Source of the DNA: Hydrurus foetidus
Taxonomy: Eukaryota
Assembly: GCA_900617105.1 (NCBI GenBank)
Contig: UYFQ01000576.1
Location: 1 to 64,000 of the forward strand
Length of the DNA: 64,000 nt
Direction: 5' to 3'
Position numbers and translations under genes: made by a program. The stretch's first letter is position 1. Every line of letters begins with the position of its first letter. The notes below the pieces were generated by a model, which had not been told where the DNA came from, did no database searches, and was given only the letters and a program-made list of their open reading frames with translations. This document shows, piece after piece, positions 25,301-39,526 of the stretch.

Positions 25301-28300
25301 AGAAGTCACACTGCCTCATGCAGGTATCCACATGAAAGAAGTCACACTGCCTCATGCAGGTATCCACATGAAAGAAGTCACACTGCCTCATGCAGGTATC
25401 CACATGAAAGAAGTCACACTGCCTCATGCAGGTATCCACATGAAAGAAGTCACACTGCCTCATGCAGGTATCCACATGAAAGAAGTCACACTGCCTCATG
25501 CAGGTATACACATGAAAGAAGTCACACTGCCTCATGCAGGTATCCACATGAAAGAAGTCACACTGCCTCATGCAGGTATCCACATGAAAGAAGTCACACT
25601 GCCTCATGCAGGTATACACATGAAAGAAGTCACACTGCCTCATGCAGGTATCCACATGAAAGAAGTCACACTGCCTCATGCAGGTATACACATGAAAGAA
25701 GTCACACTGCCTCATGCAGGTATCCACATGAAAGAAGTCACACTGCCTCATGCAGGTATCCACATGAAAGAAGTCACACTGCCTCATGCAGGTATCCACA
25801 TGAAAGAAGTCACACTGCCTCATGCAGGTATCCACATGAAAGAAGTCACACTGCCTCATGCAGGTATCCACATGAAAGAAGTCACACTGCCTCATGCAGG
25901 TATACACATGAAAGAAGTCACACTGCCTCATGCAGGTATACACATGAAAGAAGTCACACTGCCTCATGCAGGTATACACATGAAAGAAGTCACACTGCCT
26001 CATGCAGGTATCCACATGAAAGAAGTCACACTGCCTCATGCAGGTATCCACATGAAAGAAGTCACACTGCCTCATGCAGGTATCCACATGAAAGAAGTCA
26101 CACTGCCTCATGCAGGTATACACATGAAAGAAGTCACACTGCCTCATGCAGGTATCCACATGAAAGAAGTCACACTGCCTCATGCAGGTATACACATGAA
26201 AGAAGTCACACTGCCTCATGCAGGTATACACATGAAAGAAGTCACACTGCCTCATGCAGGTATCCACATGAAAGAAGTCACACTGCCTCATGCAGGTATC
26301 CACATGAAAGAAGTCACACTGCCTCATGCAGGTATCCACATGAAAGAAGTCACACTGCCTCATGCAGGTATACACATGAAAGAAGTCACACTGCCTCATG
26401 CAGGTATACACATGAAAGAAGTCACACTGCCTCATGCAGGTATACACATGAAAGAAGTCACACTGCCTCATGCAGGTATACACATGAAAGAAGTCACACT
26501 GCCTCATGCAGGTATACACATGAAAGAAGTCACACTGCCTCATGCAGGTATCCACATGAAAGAAGTCACACTGCCTCATGCAGGTATCCACATGAAAGAA
26601 GTCACACTGCCTCATGCAGGTATCCACATGAAAGAAGTCACACTGCCTCATGCAGGTATCCACATGAAAGAAGTCACACTGCCTCATGCAGGTATCCACA
26701 TGAAAGAAGTCACACTGCCTCATGCAGGTATCCACATGAAAGAAGTCACACTGCCTCATGCAGGTATACACATGAAAGAAGTCACACTGCCTCATGCAGG
26801 TATCCACATGAAAGAAGTCACACTGCCTCATGCAGGTATACACATGAAAGAAGTCACACTGCCTCATGCAGGTATCCACATGAAAGAAGTCACACTGCCT
26901 CATGCAGGTATCCACATGAAAGAAGTCACACTGCCTCATGCAGGTATCCACATGAAAGAAGTCACACTGCCTCATGCAGGTATCCACATGAAAGAAGTCA
27001 CACTGCCTCATGCAGGTATACACATGAAAGAAGTCACACTGCCTCATGCAGGTATCCACATGAAAGAAGTCACACTGCCTCATGCAGGTATACACATGAA
27101 AGAAGTCACACTGCCTCATGCAGGTATCCACATGAAAGAAGTCACACTGCCTCATGCAGGTATCCACATGAAAGAAGTCACACTGCCTCATGCAGGTATC
27201 CACATGAAAGAAGTCACACTGCCTCATGCAGGTATCCACATGAAAGAAGTCACACTGCCTCATGCAGGTATCCACATGAAAGAAGTCACACTGCCTCATG
27301 CAGGTATCCACATGAAAGAAGTCACACTGCCTCATGCAGGTATCCACATGAAAGAAGTCACACTGCCTCATGCAGGTATACACATGAAAGAAGTCACACT
27401 GCCTCATGCAGGTATCCACATGAAAGAAGTCACACTGCCTCATGCAGGTATACACATGAAAGAAGTCACACTGCCTCATGCAGGTATACACATGAAAGAA
27501 GTCACACTGCCTCATGCAGGTATCCACATGAAAGAAGTCACACTGCCTCATGCAGGTATCCACATGAAAGAAGTCACACTGCCTCATGCAGGTATACACA
27601 TGAAAGAAGTCACACTGCCTCATGCAGGTATCCACATGAAAGAAGTCACACTGCCTCATGCAGGTATACACATGAAAGAAGTCACACTGCCTCATGCAGG
27701 TATCCACATGAAAGAAGTCACACTGCCTCATGCAGGTATACACATGAAAGAAGTCACACTGCCTCATGCAGGTATCCACATGAAAGAAGTCACACTGCCT
27801 CATGCAGGTATCCACATGAAAGAAGTCACACTGCCTCATGCAGGTATCCACATGAAAGAAGTCACACTGCCTCATGCAGGTATCCACATGAAAGAAGTCA
27901 CACTGCCTCATGCAGGTATCCACATGAAAGAAGTCACACTGCCTCATGCAGGTATACACATGAAAGAAGTCACACTGCCTCATGCAGGTATCCACATGAA
28001 AGAAGTCACACTGCCTCATGCAGGTATCCACATGAAAGAAGTCACACTGCCTCATGCAGGTATCCACATGAAAGAAGTCACACTGCCTCATGCAGGTATC
28101 CACATGAAAGAAGTCACACTGCCTCATGCAGGTATACACATGAAAGAAGTCACACTGCCTCATGCAGGTATCCACATGAAAGAAGTCACACTGCCTCATG
28201 CAGGTATCCACATGAAAGAAGTCACACTGCCTCATGCAGGTATCCACATGAAAGAAGTCACACTGCCTCATGCAGGTATCCACATGAAAGAAGTCACACT

Positions 28301-31300
28301 GCCTCATGCAGGTATCCACATGAAAGAAGTCACACTGCCTCATGCAGGTATACACATGAAAGAAGTCACACTGCCTCATGCAGGTATCCACATGAAAGAA
28401 GTCACACTGCCTCATGCAGGTATCCACATGAAAGAAGTCACACTGCCTCATGCAGGTATACACATGAAAGAAGTCACACTGCCTCATGCAGGTATACACA
28501 TGAAAGAAGTCACACTGCCTCATGCAGGTATCCACATGAAAGAAGTCACACTGCCTCATGCAGGTATACACATGAAAGAAGTCACACTGCCTCATGCAGG
28601 TATACACATGAAAGAAGTCACACTGCCTCATGCAGGTATCCACATGAAAGAAGTCACACTGCCTCATGCAGGTATCCACATGAAAGAAGTCACACTGCCT
28701 CATGCAGGTATACACATGAAAGAAGTCACACTGCCTCATGCAGGTATACACATGAAAGAAGTCACACTGCCTCATGCAGGTATACACATGAAAGAAGTCA
28801 CACTGCCTCATGCAGGTATCCACATGAAAGAAGTCACACTGCCTCATGCAGGTATCCACATGAAAGAAGTCACACTGCCTCATGCAGGTATCCACATGAA
28901 AGAAGTCACACTGCCTCATGCAGGTATCCACATGAAAGAAGTCACACTGCCTCATGCAGGTATCCACATGAAAGAAGTCACACTGCCTCATGCAGGTATC
29001 CACATGAAAGAAGTCACACTGCCTCATGCAGGTATCCACATGAAAGAAGTCACACTGCCTCATGCAGGTATACACATGAAAGAAGTCACACTGCCTCATG
29101 CAGGTATCCACATGAAAGAAGTCACACTGCCTCATGCAGGTATCCACATGAAAGAAGTCACACTGCCTCATGCAGGTATCCACATGAAAGAAGTCACACT
29201 GCCTCATGCAGGTATACACATGAAAGAAGTCACACTGCCTCATGCAGGTATCCACATGAAAGAAGTCACACTGCCTCATGCAGGTATCCACATGAAAGAA
29301 GTCACACTGCCTCATGCAGGTATCCACATGAAAGAAGTCACACTGCCTCATGCAGGTATACACATGAAAGAAGTCACACTGCCTCATGCAGGTATCCACA
29401 TGAAAGAAGTCACACTGCCTCATGCAGGTATACACATGAAAGAAGTCACACTGCCTCATGCAGGTATCCACATGAAAGAAGTCACACTGCCTCATGCAGG
29501 TATCCACATGAAAGAAGTCACACTGCCTCATGCAGGTATCCACATGAAAGAAGTCACACTGCCTCATGCAGGTATACACATGAAAGAAGTCACACTGCCT
29601 CATGCAGGTATCCACATGAAAGAAGTCACACTGCCTCATGCAGGTATACACATGAAAGAAGTCACACTGCCTCATGCAGGTATCCACATGAAAGAAGTCA
29701 CACTGCCTCATGCAGGTATACACATGAAAGAAGTCACACTGCCTCATGCAGGTATCCACATGAAAGAAGTCACACTGCCTCATGCAGGTATCCACATGAA
29801 AGAAGTCACACTGCCTCATGCAGGTATACACATGAAAGAAGTCACACTGCCTCATGCAGGTATCCACATGAAAGAAGTCACACTGCCTCATGCAGGTATC
29901 CACATGAAAGAAGTCACACTGCCTCATGCAGGTATCCACATGAAAGAAGTCACACTGCCTCATGCAGGTATCCACATGAAAGAAGTCACACTGCCTCATG
30001 CAGGTATCCACATGAAAGAAGTCACACTGCCTCATGCAGGTATCCACATGAAAGAAGTCACACTGCCTCATGCAGGTATCCACATGAAAGAAGTCACACT
30101 GCCTCATGCAGGTATCCACATGAAAGAAGTCACACTGCCTCATGCAGGTATCCACATGAAAGAAGTCACACTGCCTCATGCAGGTATCCACATGAAAGAA
30201 GTCACACTGCCTCATGCAGGTATCCACATGAAAGAAGTCACACTGCCTCATGCAGGTATCCACATGAAAGAAGTCACACTGCCTCATGCAGGTATCCACA
30301 TGAAAGAAGTCACACTGCCTCATGCAGGTATCCACATGAAAGAAGTCACACTGCCTCATGCAGGTATCCACATGAAAGAAGTCACACTGCCTCATGCAGG
30401 TATCCACATGAAAGAAGTCACACTGCCTCATGCAGGTATCCACATGAAAGAAGTCACACTGCCTCATGCAGGTATCCACATGAAAGAAGTCACACTGCCT
30501 CATGCAGGTATCCACATGAAAGAAGTCACACTGCCTCATGCAGGTACCACATGAAAGAAGTCACACTGCCTCATGCAGGTATCCACATGAAAGAAGTCAC
30601 ACTGCCTCATGCAGGTATCCACATGAAAGAAGTCACACTGCCTCATGCAGGTATCCACATGAAAGAAGTCACACTGCCTCATGCAGGTATCCACATGAAA
30701 GAAGTCACACTGCCTCATGCAGGTATACACATGAAAGAAGTCACACTGCCTCATGCAGGTATACACATGAAAGAAGTCACACTGCCTCATGCAGGTATAC
30801 ACATGAAAGAAGTCACACTGCCTCATGCAGGTATACACATGAAAGAAGTCACACTGCCTCATGCAGGTATACACATGAAAGAAGTCACACTGCCTCATGC
30901 AGGTATCCACATGAAAGAAGTCACACTGCCTCATGCAGGTATCCACATGAAAGAAGTCACACTGCCTCATGCAGGTATACACATGAAAGAAGTCACACTG
31001 CCTCATGCAGGTATCCACATGAAAGAAGTCACACTGCCTCATGCAGGTATACCACATGAAAGAAGTCACACTGCCTCATGCAGGTATACACATGAAAGAA
31101 GTCACACTGCCTCATGCAGGTATACACATGAAAGAAGTCACACTGCCTCATGCAGGTATACACATGAAAGAAGTCACACTGCCTCATGCAGGTATACACA
31201 TGAAAGAAGTCACACTGCCTCATGCAGGTATCCACATGAAAGAAGTCACACTGCCTCATGCAGGTATCCACATGAAAGAAGTCACACTGCCTCATGCAGG

Positions 31301-34300
31301 TATACACATGAAAGAAGTCACACTGCCTCATGCAGGTATCCACATGAAAGAAGTCACACTGCCTCATGCAGGTATCCACATGAAAGAAGTCACACTGCCT
31401 CATGCAGGTATCCACATGAAAGAAGTCACACTGCCTCATGCAGGTATCCACATGAAAGAAGTCACACTGCCTCATGCAGGTATACACATGAAAGAAGTCA
31501 CACTGCCTCATGCAGGTATACACATGAAAGAAGTCACACTGCCTCATGCAGGTATCCACATGAAAGAAGTCACACTGCCTCATGCAGGTATCCACATGAA
31601 AGAAGTCACACTGCCTCATGCAGGTATCCACATGAAAGAAGTCACACTGCCTCATGCAGGTATCCACATGAAAGAAGTCACACTGCCTCATGCAGGTATC
31701 CACATGAAAGAAGTCACACTGCCTCATGCAGGTATACACATGAAAGAAGTCACACTGCCTCATGCAGGTATCCACATGAAAGAAGTCACACTGCCTCATG
31801 CAGGTATCCACATGAAAGAAGTCACACTGCCTCATGCAGGTATACACATGAAAGAAGTCACACTGCCTCATGCAGGTATACACATGAAAGAAGTCACACT
31901 GCCTCATGCAGGTATCCACATGAAAGAAGTCACACTGCCTCATGCAGGTATCCACATGAAAGAAGTCACACTGCCTCATGCAGGTATACACATGAAAGAA
32001 GTCACACTGCCTCATGCAGGTATCCACATGAAAGAAGTCACACTGCCTCATGCAGGTATACACATGAAAGAAGTCACACTGCCTCATGCAGGTATCCACA
32101 TGAAAGAAGTCACACTGCCTCATGCAGGTATACACATGAAAGAAGTCACACTGCCTCATGCAGGTATCCACATGAAAGAAGTCACACTGCCTCATGCAGG
32201 TATCCACATGAAAGAAGTCACACTGCCTCATGCAGGTATCCACATGAAAGAAGTCACACTGCCTCATGCAGGTATCCACATGAAAGAAGTCACACTGCCT
32301 CATGCAGGTATCCACATGAAAGAAGTCACACTGCCTCATGCAGGTATCCACATGAAAGAAGTCACACTGCCTCATGCAGGTATACACATGAAAGAAGTCA
32401 CACTGCCTCATGCAGGTATCCACATGAAAGAAGTCACACTGCCTCATGCAGGTATCCACATGAAAGAAGTCACACTGCCTCATGCAGGTATCCACATGAA
32501 AGAAGTCACACTGCCTCATGCAGGTATCCACATGAAAGAAGTCACACTGCCTCATGCAGGTATACACATGAAAGAAGTCACACTGCCTCATGCAGGTATC
32601 CACATGAAAGAAGTCACACTGCCTCATGCAGGTATCCACATGAAAGAAGTCACACTGCCTCATGCAGGTATCCACATGAAAGAAGTCACACTGCCTCATG
32701 CAGGTATCCACATGAAAGAAGTCACACTGCCTCATGCAGGTATACACATGAAAGAAGTCACACTGCCTCATGCAGGTATCCACATGAAAGAAGTCACACT
32801 GCCTCATGCAGGTATCCACATGAAAGAAGTCACACTGCCTCATGCAGGTATCCACATGAAAGAAGTCACACTGCCTCATGCAGGTATACACATGAAAGAA
32901 GTCACACTGCCTCATGCAGGTATCCACATGAAAGAAGTCACACTGCCTCATGCAGGTATCCACATGAAAGAAGTCACACTGCCTCATGCAGGTATCCACA
33001 TGAAAGAAGTCACACTGCCTCATGCAGGTATCCACATGAAAGAAGTCACACTGCCTCATGCAGGTATCCACATGAAAGAAGTCACACTGCCTCATGCAGG
33101 TATACACATGAAAGAAGTCACACTGCCTCATGCAGGTATACACATGAAAGAAGTCACACTGCCTCATGCAGGTATACCACATGAAAGAAGTCACACTGCC
33201 TCATGCAGGTATCCACATGAAAGAAGTCACACTGCCTCATGCAGGTATACACATGAAAGAAGTCACACTGCCTCATGCAGGTATACACATGAAAGAAGTC
33301 ACACTGCCTCATGCAGGTATACACATGAAAGAAGTCACACTGCCTCATGCAGGTATACACATGAAAGAAGTCACACTGCCTCATGCAGGTATCCACATGA
33401 AAGAAGTCACACTGCCTCATGCAGGTATCCACATGAAAGAAGTCACACTGCCTCATGCAGGTATCCACATGAAAGAAGTCACACTGCCTCATGCAGGTAT
33501 ACACATGAAAGAAGTCACACTGCCTCATGCAGGTATCCACATGAAAGAAGTCACACTGCCTCATGCAGGTATCCACATGAAAGAAGTCACACTGCCTCAT
33601 GCAGGTATCCACATGAAAGATGAGAGAAGTCACACTGCCTCATGCAGGTATACACATGAAAGAAGTCACACTGCCTCATGCAGGTATACACATGAAAGAA
33701 GTCACACTGCCTCATGCAGGTATCCACATGAAAGAAGTCACACTGCCTCATGCAGGTATCCACATGAAAGAAGTCACACTGCCTCATGCAGGTATCCACA
33801 TGAAAGAAGTCACACTGCCTCATGCAGGTATACACATGAAAGAAGTCACACTGCCTCATGCAGGTATCCACATGAAAGAAGTCACACTGCCTCATGCAGG
33901 TATCCACATGAAAGAAGTCACACTGCCTCATGCAGGTATACACATGAAAGAAGTCACACTGCCTCATGCAGGTATCCACATGAAAGAAGTCACACTGCCT
34001 CATGCAGGTATACACATGAAAGAAGTCACACTGCCTCATGCAGGTATCCACATGAAAGAAGTCACACTGCCTCATGCAGGTATACACATGAAAGAAGTCA
34101 CACTGCCTCATGCAGGTATCCACATGAAAGAAGTCACACTGCCTCATGCAGGTATACACATGAAAGAAGTCACACTGCCTCATGCAGGTATACACATGAA
34201 AGAAGTCACACTGCCTCATGCAGGTATCCACATGAAAGAAGTCACACTGCCTCATGCAGGTATACACATGAAAGAAGTCACACTGCCTCATGCAGGTATA

Positions 34301-37300
34301 CACATGAAAGAAGTCACACTGCCTCATGCAGGTATACACATGAAAGAAGTCACACTGCCTCATGCAGGTATACACATGAAAGAAGTCACACTGCCTCATG
34401 CAGGTATCCACATGAAAGAAGTCACACTGCCTCATGCAGGTATCCACATGAAAGAAGTCACACTGCCTCATGCAGGTATCCACATGAAAGAAGTCACACT
34501 GCCTCATGCAGGTATACACATGAAAGAAGTCACACTGCCTCATGCAGGTATCCACATGAAAGAAGTCACACTGCCTCATGCAGGTATCCACATGAAAGAA
34601 GTCACACTGCCTCATGCAGGTATCCACATGAAAGAAGTCACACTGCCTCATGCAGGTATACACATGAAAGAAGTCACACTGCCTCATGCAGGTATACACA
34701 TGAAAGAAGTCACACTGCCTCATGCAGGTATACACATGAAAGAAGTCACACTGCCTCATGCAGGTATACACATGAAAGAAGTCACACTGCCTCATGCAGG
34801 TATCCACATGAAAGAAGTCACACTGCCTCATGCAGGTATACACATGAAAGAAGTCACACTGCCTCATGCAGGTATCCACATGAAAGAAGTCACACTGCCT
34901 CATGCAGGTATCCACATGAAAGAAGTCACACTGCCTCATGCAGGTATACACATGAAAGAAGTCACACTGCCTCATGCAGGTATCCACATGAAAGAAGTCA
35001 CACTGCCTCATGCAGGTATACCACATGAAAGAAGTCACACTGCCTCATGCAGGTATACACATGAAAGAAGTCACACTGCCTCATGCAGGTATACACATGA
35101 AAGAAGTCACACTGCCTCATGCAGGTATCCACATGAAAGAAGTCACACTGCCTCATGCAGGTATCCACATGAAAGAAGTCACACTGCCTCATGCAGGTAT
35201 ACACATGAAAGAAGTCACACTGCCTCATGCAGGTATCCACATGAAAGAAGTCACACTGCCTCATGCAGGTATACACATGAAAGAAGTCACACTGCCTCAT
35301 GCAGGTATACACATGAAAGAAGTCACACTGCCTCATGCAGGTATCCACATGAAAGAAGTCACACTGCCTCATGCAGGTATACACATGAAAGAAGTCACAC
35401 TGCCTCATGCAGGTATCCACATGAAAGAAGTCACACTGCCTCATGCAGGTATACACATGAAAGAAGTCACACTGCCTCATGCAGGTATCCACATGAAAGA
35501 AGTCACACTGCCTCATGCAGGTATACACATGAAAGAAGTCACACTGCCTCATGCAGGTATACACATGAAAGAAGTCACACTGCCTCATGCAGGTATACAC
35601 ATGAAAGAAGTCACACTGCCTCATGCAGGTATCCACATGAAAGAAGTCACACTGCCTCATGCAGGTATACACATGAAAGAAGTCACACTGCCTCATGCAG
35701 GTATCCACATGAAAGAAGTCACACTGCCTCATGCAGGTATACACATGAAAGAAGTCACACTGCCTCATGCAGGTATCCACATGAAAGAAGTCACACTGCC
35801 TCATGCAGGTATCCACATGAAAGAAGTCACACTGCCTCATGCAGGTATCCACATGAAAGAAGTCACACTGCCTCATGCAGGTATACACATGAAAGAAGTC
35901 ACACTGCCTCATGCAGGTATACACATGAAAGAAGTCACACTGCCTCATGCAGGTATACACATGAAAGAAGTCACACTGCCTCATGCAGGTATACACATGA
36001 AAGAAGTCACACTGCCTCATGCAGGTATCCACATGAAAGAAGTCACACTGCCTCATGCAGGTATCCACATGAAAGAAGTCACACTGCCTCATGCAGGTAT
36101 ACACATGAAAGAAGTCACACTGCCTCATGCAGGTATCCACATGAAAGAAGTCACACTGCCTCATGCAGGTATCCACATGAAAGAAGTCACACTGCCTCAT
36201 GCAGGTATCCACATGAAAGAAGTCACACTGCCTCATGCAGGTATACACATGAAAGAAGTCACACTGCCTCATGCAGGTATACACATGAAAGAAGTCACAC
36301 TGCCTCATGCAGGTATACACATGAAAGAAGTCACACTGCCTCATGCAGGTATACACATGAAAGAAGTCACACTGCCTCATGCAGGTATCCACATGAAAGA
36401 AGTCACACTGCCTCATGCAGGTATACACATGAAAGAAGTCACACTGCCTCATGCAGGTATCCACATGAAAGAAGTCACACTGCCTCATGCAGGTATACAC
36501 ATGAAAGAAGTCACACTGCCTCATGCAGGTATCCACATGAAAGAAGTCACACTGCCTCATGCAGGTATACACATGAAAGAAGTCACACTGCCTCATGCAG
36601 GTATCCACATGAAAGAAGTCACACTGCCTCATGCAGGTATACACATGAAAGAAGTCACACTGCCTCATGCAGGTATACACATGAAAGAAGTCACACTGCC
36701 TCATGCAGGTATCCACATGAAAGAAGTCACACTGCCTCATGCAGGTATCCACATGAAAGAAGTCACACTGCCTCATGCAGGTATCCACATGAAAGAAGTC
36801 ACACTGCCTCATGCAGGTATCCACATGAAAGAAGTCACACTGCCTCATGCAGGTATACACATGAAAGAAGTCACACTGCCTCATGCAGGTATACACATGA
36901 AAGAAGTCACACTGCCTCATGCAGGTATCCACATGAAAGAAGTCACACTGCCTCATGCAGGTATCCACATGAAAGAAGTCACACTGCCTCATGCAGGTAT
37001 CCACATGAAAGAAGTCACACTGCCTCATGCAGGTATACACATGAAAGAAGTCACACTGCCTCATGCAGGTATCCACATGAAAGAAGTCACACTGCCTCAT
37101 GCAGGTATCCACATGAAAGAAGTCACACTGCCTCATGCAGGTATCCACATGAAAGAAGTCACACTGCCTCATGCAGGTATCCACATGAAAGAAGTCACAC
37201 TGCCTCATGCAGGTATCCACATGAAAGAAGTCACACTGCCTCATGCAGGTATACACATGAAAGAAGTCACACTGCCTCATGCAGGTATACACATGAAAGA

Positions 37301-39461
37301 AGTCACACTGCCTCATGCAGGTATACACATGAAAGAAGTCACACTGCCTCATGCAGGTATCCACATGAAAGAAGTCACACTGCCTCATGCAGGTATCCAC
37401 ATGAAAGAAGTCACACTGCCTCATGCAGGTATACACATGAAAGAAGTCACACTGCCTCATGCAGGTATACCACATGAAAGAAGTCACACTGCCTCATGCA
37501 GGTATACACATGAAAGAAGTCACACTGCCTCATGCAGGTATCCACATGAAAGAAGTCACACTGCCTCATGCAGGTATACACATGAAAGAAGTCACACTGC
37601 CTCATGCAGGTATCCACATGAAAGAAGTCACACTGCCTCATGCAGGTATACACATGAAAGAAGTCACACTGCCTCATGCAGGTATACACATGAAAGAAGT
37701 CACACTGCCTCATGCAGGTATACACATGAAAGAAGTCACACTGCCTCATGCAGGTATCCACATGAAAGAAGTCACACTGCCTCATGCAGGTATCCACATG
37801 AAAGAAGTCACACTGCCTCATGCAGGTATCCACATGAAAGAAGTCACACTGCCTCATGCAGGTATCCACATGAAAGAAGTCACACTGCCTCATGCAGGTA
37901 TCCACATGAAAGAAGTCACACTGCCTCATGCAGGTATACACATGAAAGAAGTCACACTGCCTCATGCAGGTATACACATGAAAGAAGTCACACTGCCTCA
38001 TGCAGGTATACACATGAAAGAAGTCACACTGCCTCATGCAGGTATCCACATGAAAGAAGTCACACTGCCTCATGCAGGTATCCACATGAAAGAAGTCACA
38101 CTGCCTCATGCAGGTATACACATGAAAGAAGTCACACTGCCTCATGCAGGTATACACATGAAAGAAGTCACACTGCCTCATGCAGGTATCCACATGAAAG
38201 AAGTCACACTGCCTCATGCAGGTATACACATGAAAGAAGTCACACTGCCTCATGCAGGTATCCACATGAAAGAAGTCACACTGCCTCATGCAGGTATACA
38301 CATGAAAGAAGTCACACTGCCTCATGCAGGTATACACATGAAAGAAGTCACACTGCCTCATGCAGGTATACACATGAAAGAAGTCACACTGCCTCATGCA
38401 GGTATCCACATGAAAGAAGTCACACTGCCTCATGCAGGTATCCACATGAAAGAAGTCACACTGCCTCATGCAGGTATCCACATGAAAGAAGTCACACTGC
38501 CTCATGCAGGTATACACATGAAAGAAGTCACACTGCCTCATGCAGGTATCCACATGAAAGAAGTCACACTGCCTCATGCAGGTATACACATGAAAGAAGT
38601 CACACTGCCTCATGCAGGTATACACATGAAAGAAGTCACACTGCCTCATGCAGGTATACACATGAAAGAAGTCACACTGCCTCATGCAGGTATACACATG
38701 AAAGAAGTCACACTGCCTCATGCAGGTATACACATGAAAGAAGTCACACTGCCTCATGCAGGTATACACATGAAAGAAGTCACACTGCCTCATGCAGGTA
38801 TACACATGAAAGAAGTCACACTGCCTCATGCAGGTATCCACATGAAAGAAGTCACACTGCCTCAGTCAAACAGTCACATCCGGACGGACGAACGGACAGA
38901 CAAACACATTGATAAATGGACACATTATACTGACGAACGCACAGAAAGACTCACCACGGCAATGAAGGAGTCCGGGTCGATGCAATCGCAGCACATCACG
39001 CTCAGGTCCCTCTCCCAGCCCTGCGTCAGTGCGTTTGACAGGGAGGGGGTGGGCTCGCAGGGAGTGGAGGTGCTCACTCGAAGTTGCCCGGGGGTCTGTC
39101 ATGCAGATCCACGTAAATTTTAATGAGAGTGTGGGTTAATATGAGGATGTTGCGTGGATGAAGTGGGAAACAGGAATGCGGGGAAGTCGAGAAGGCATCC
39201 GTTATATAGAGTGAACGTGCATGTAGATAAAAAAGAGAGATAGAGAGGAAGAGAGGGAGAGTAAAATAAGAAATGACGTAATGGAACATCCATCGAAGCC
39301 CATAGCGACCAGCCATTCCTACCGCAGCTCACTCTCACTCTCCCATGCACTGATTCCTCCACTGACTAATTCTCTCTCTCTCGCTGAGTGACTCAATCAC
39401 ATGTGCCACACCCATTCACTGTACATTCATCCATTTATTTCTTCATCTGCTCACTCTTTCT

Positions 39462-39526
<65 letters not shown>

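Noticed and set aside
23736..38864. CRISPR-like array (36-bp repeats)
   Set aside because: Units are directly adjacent with no unique spacers, there are no cas genes, and the context is eukaryotic.
23736..38864. CAG/GTAT in every unit as recursive-splicing ratchet points
   Set aside because: The motif is on the + strand, antisense to TAF2, and nothing supports a + strand transcript here.
23720..39123. Giant repetitive ORFs ([11 protein letters not shown][T/P], [21 protein letters not shown][D/Y]TC)
   Set aside because: A 36-bp unit is a multiple of 3, so stop-free frames arise automatically. Three frames are open at once, indels shift them freely, and the array lies within a TAF2 intron.
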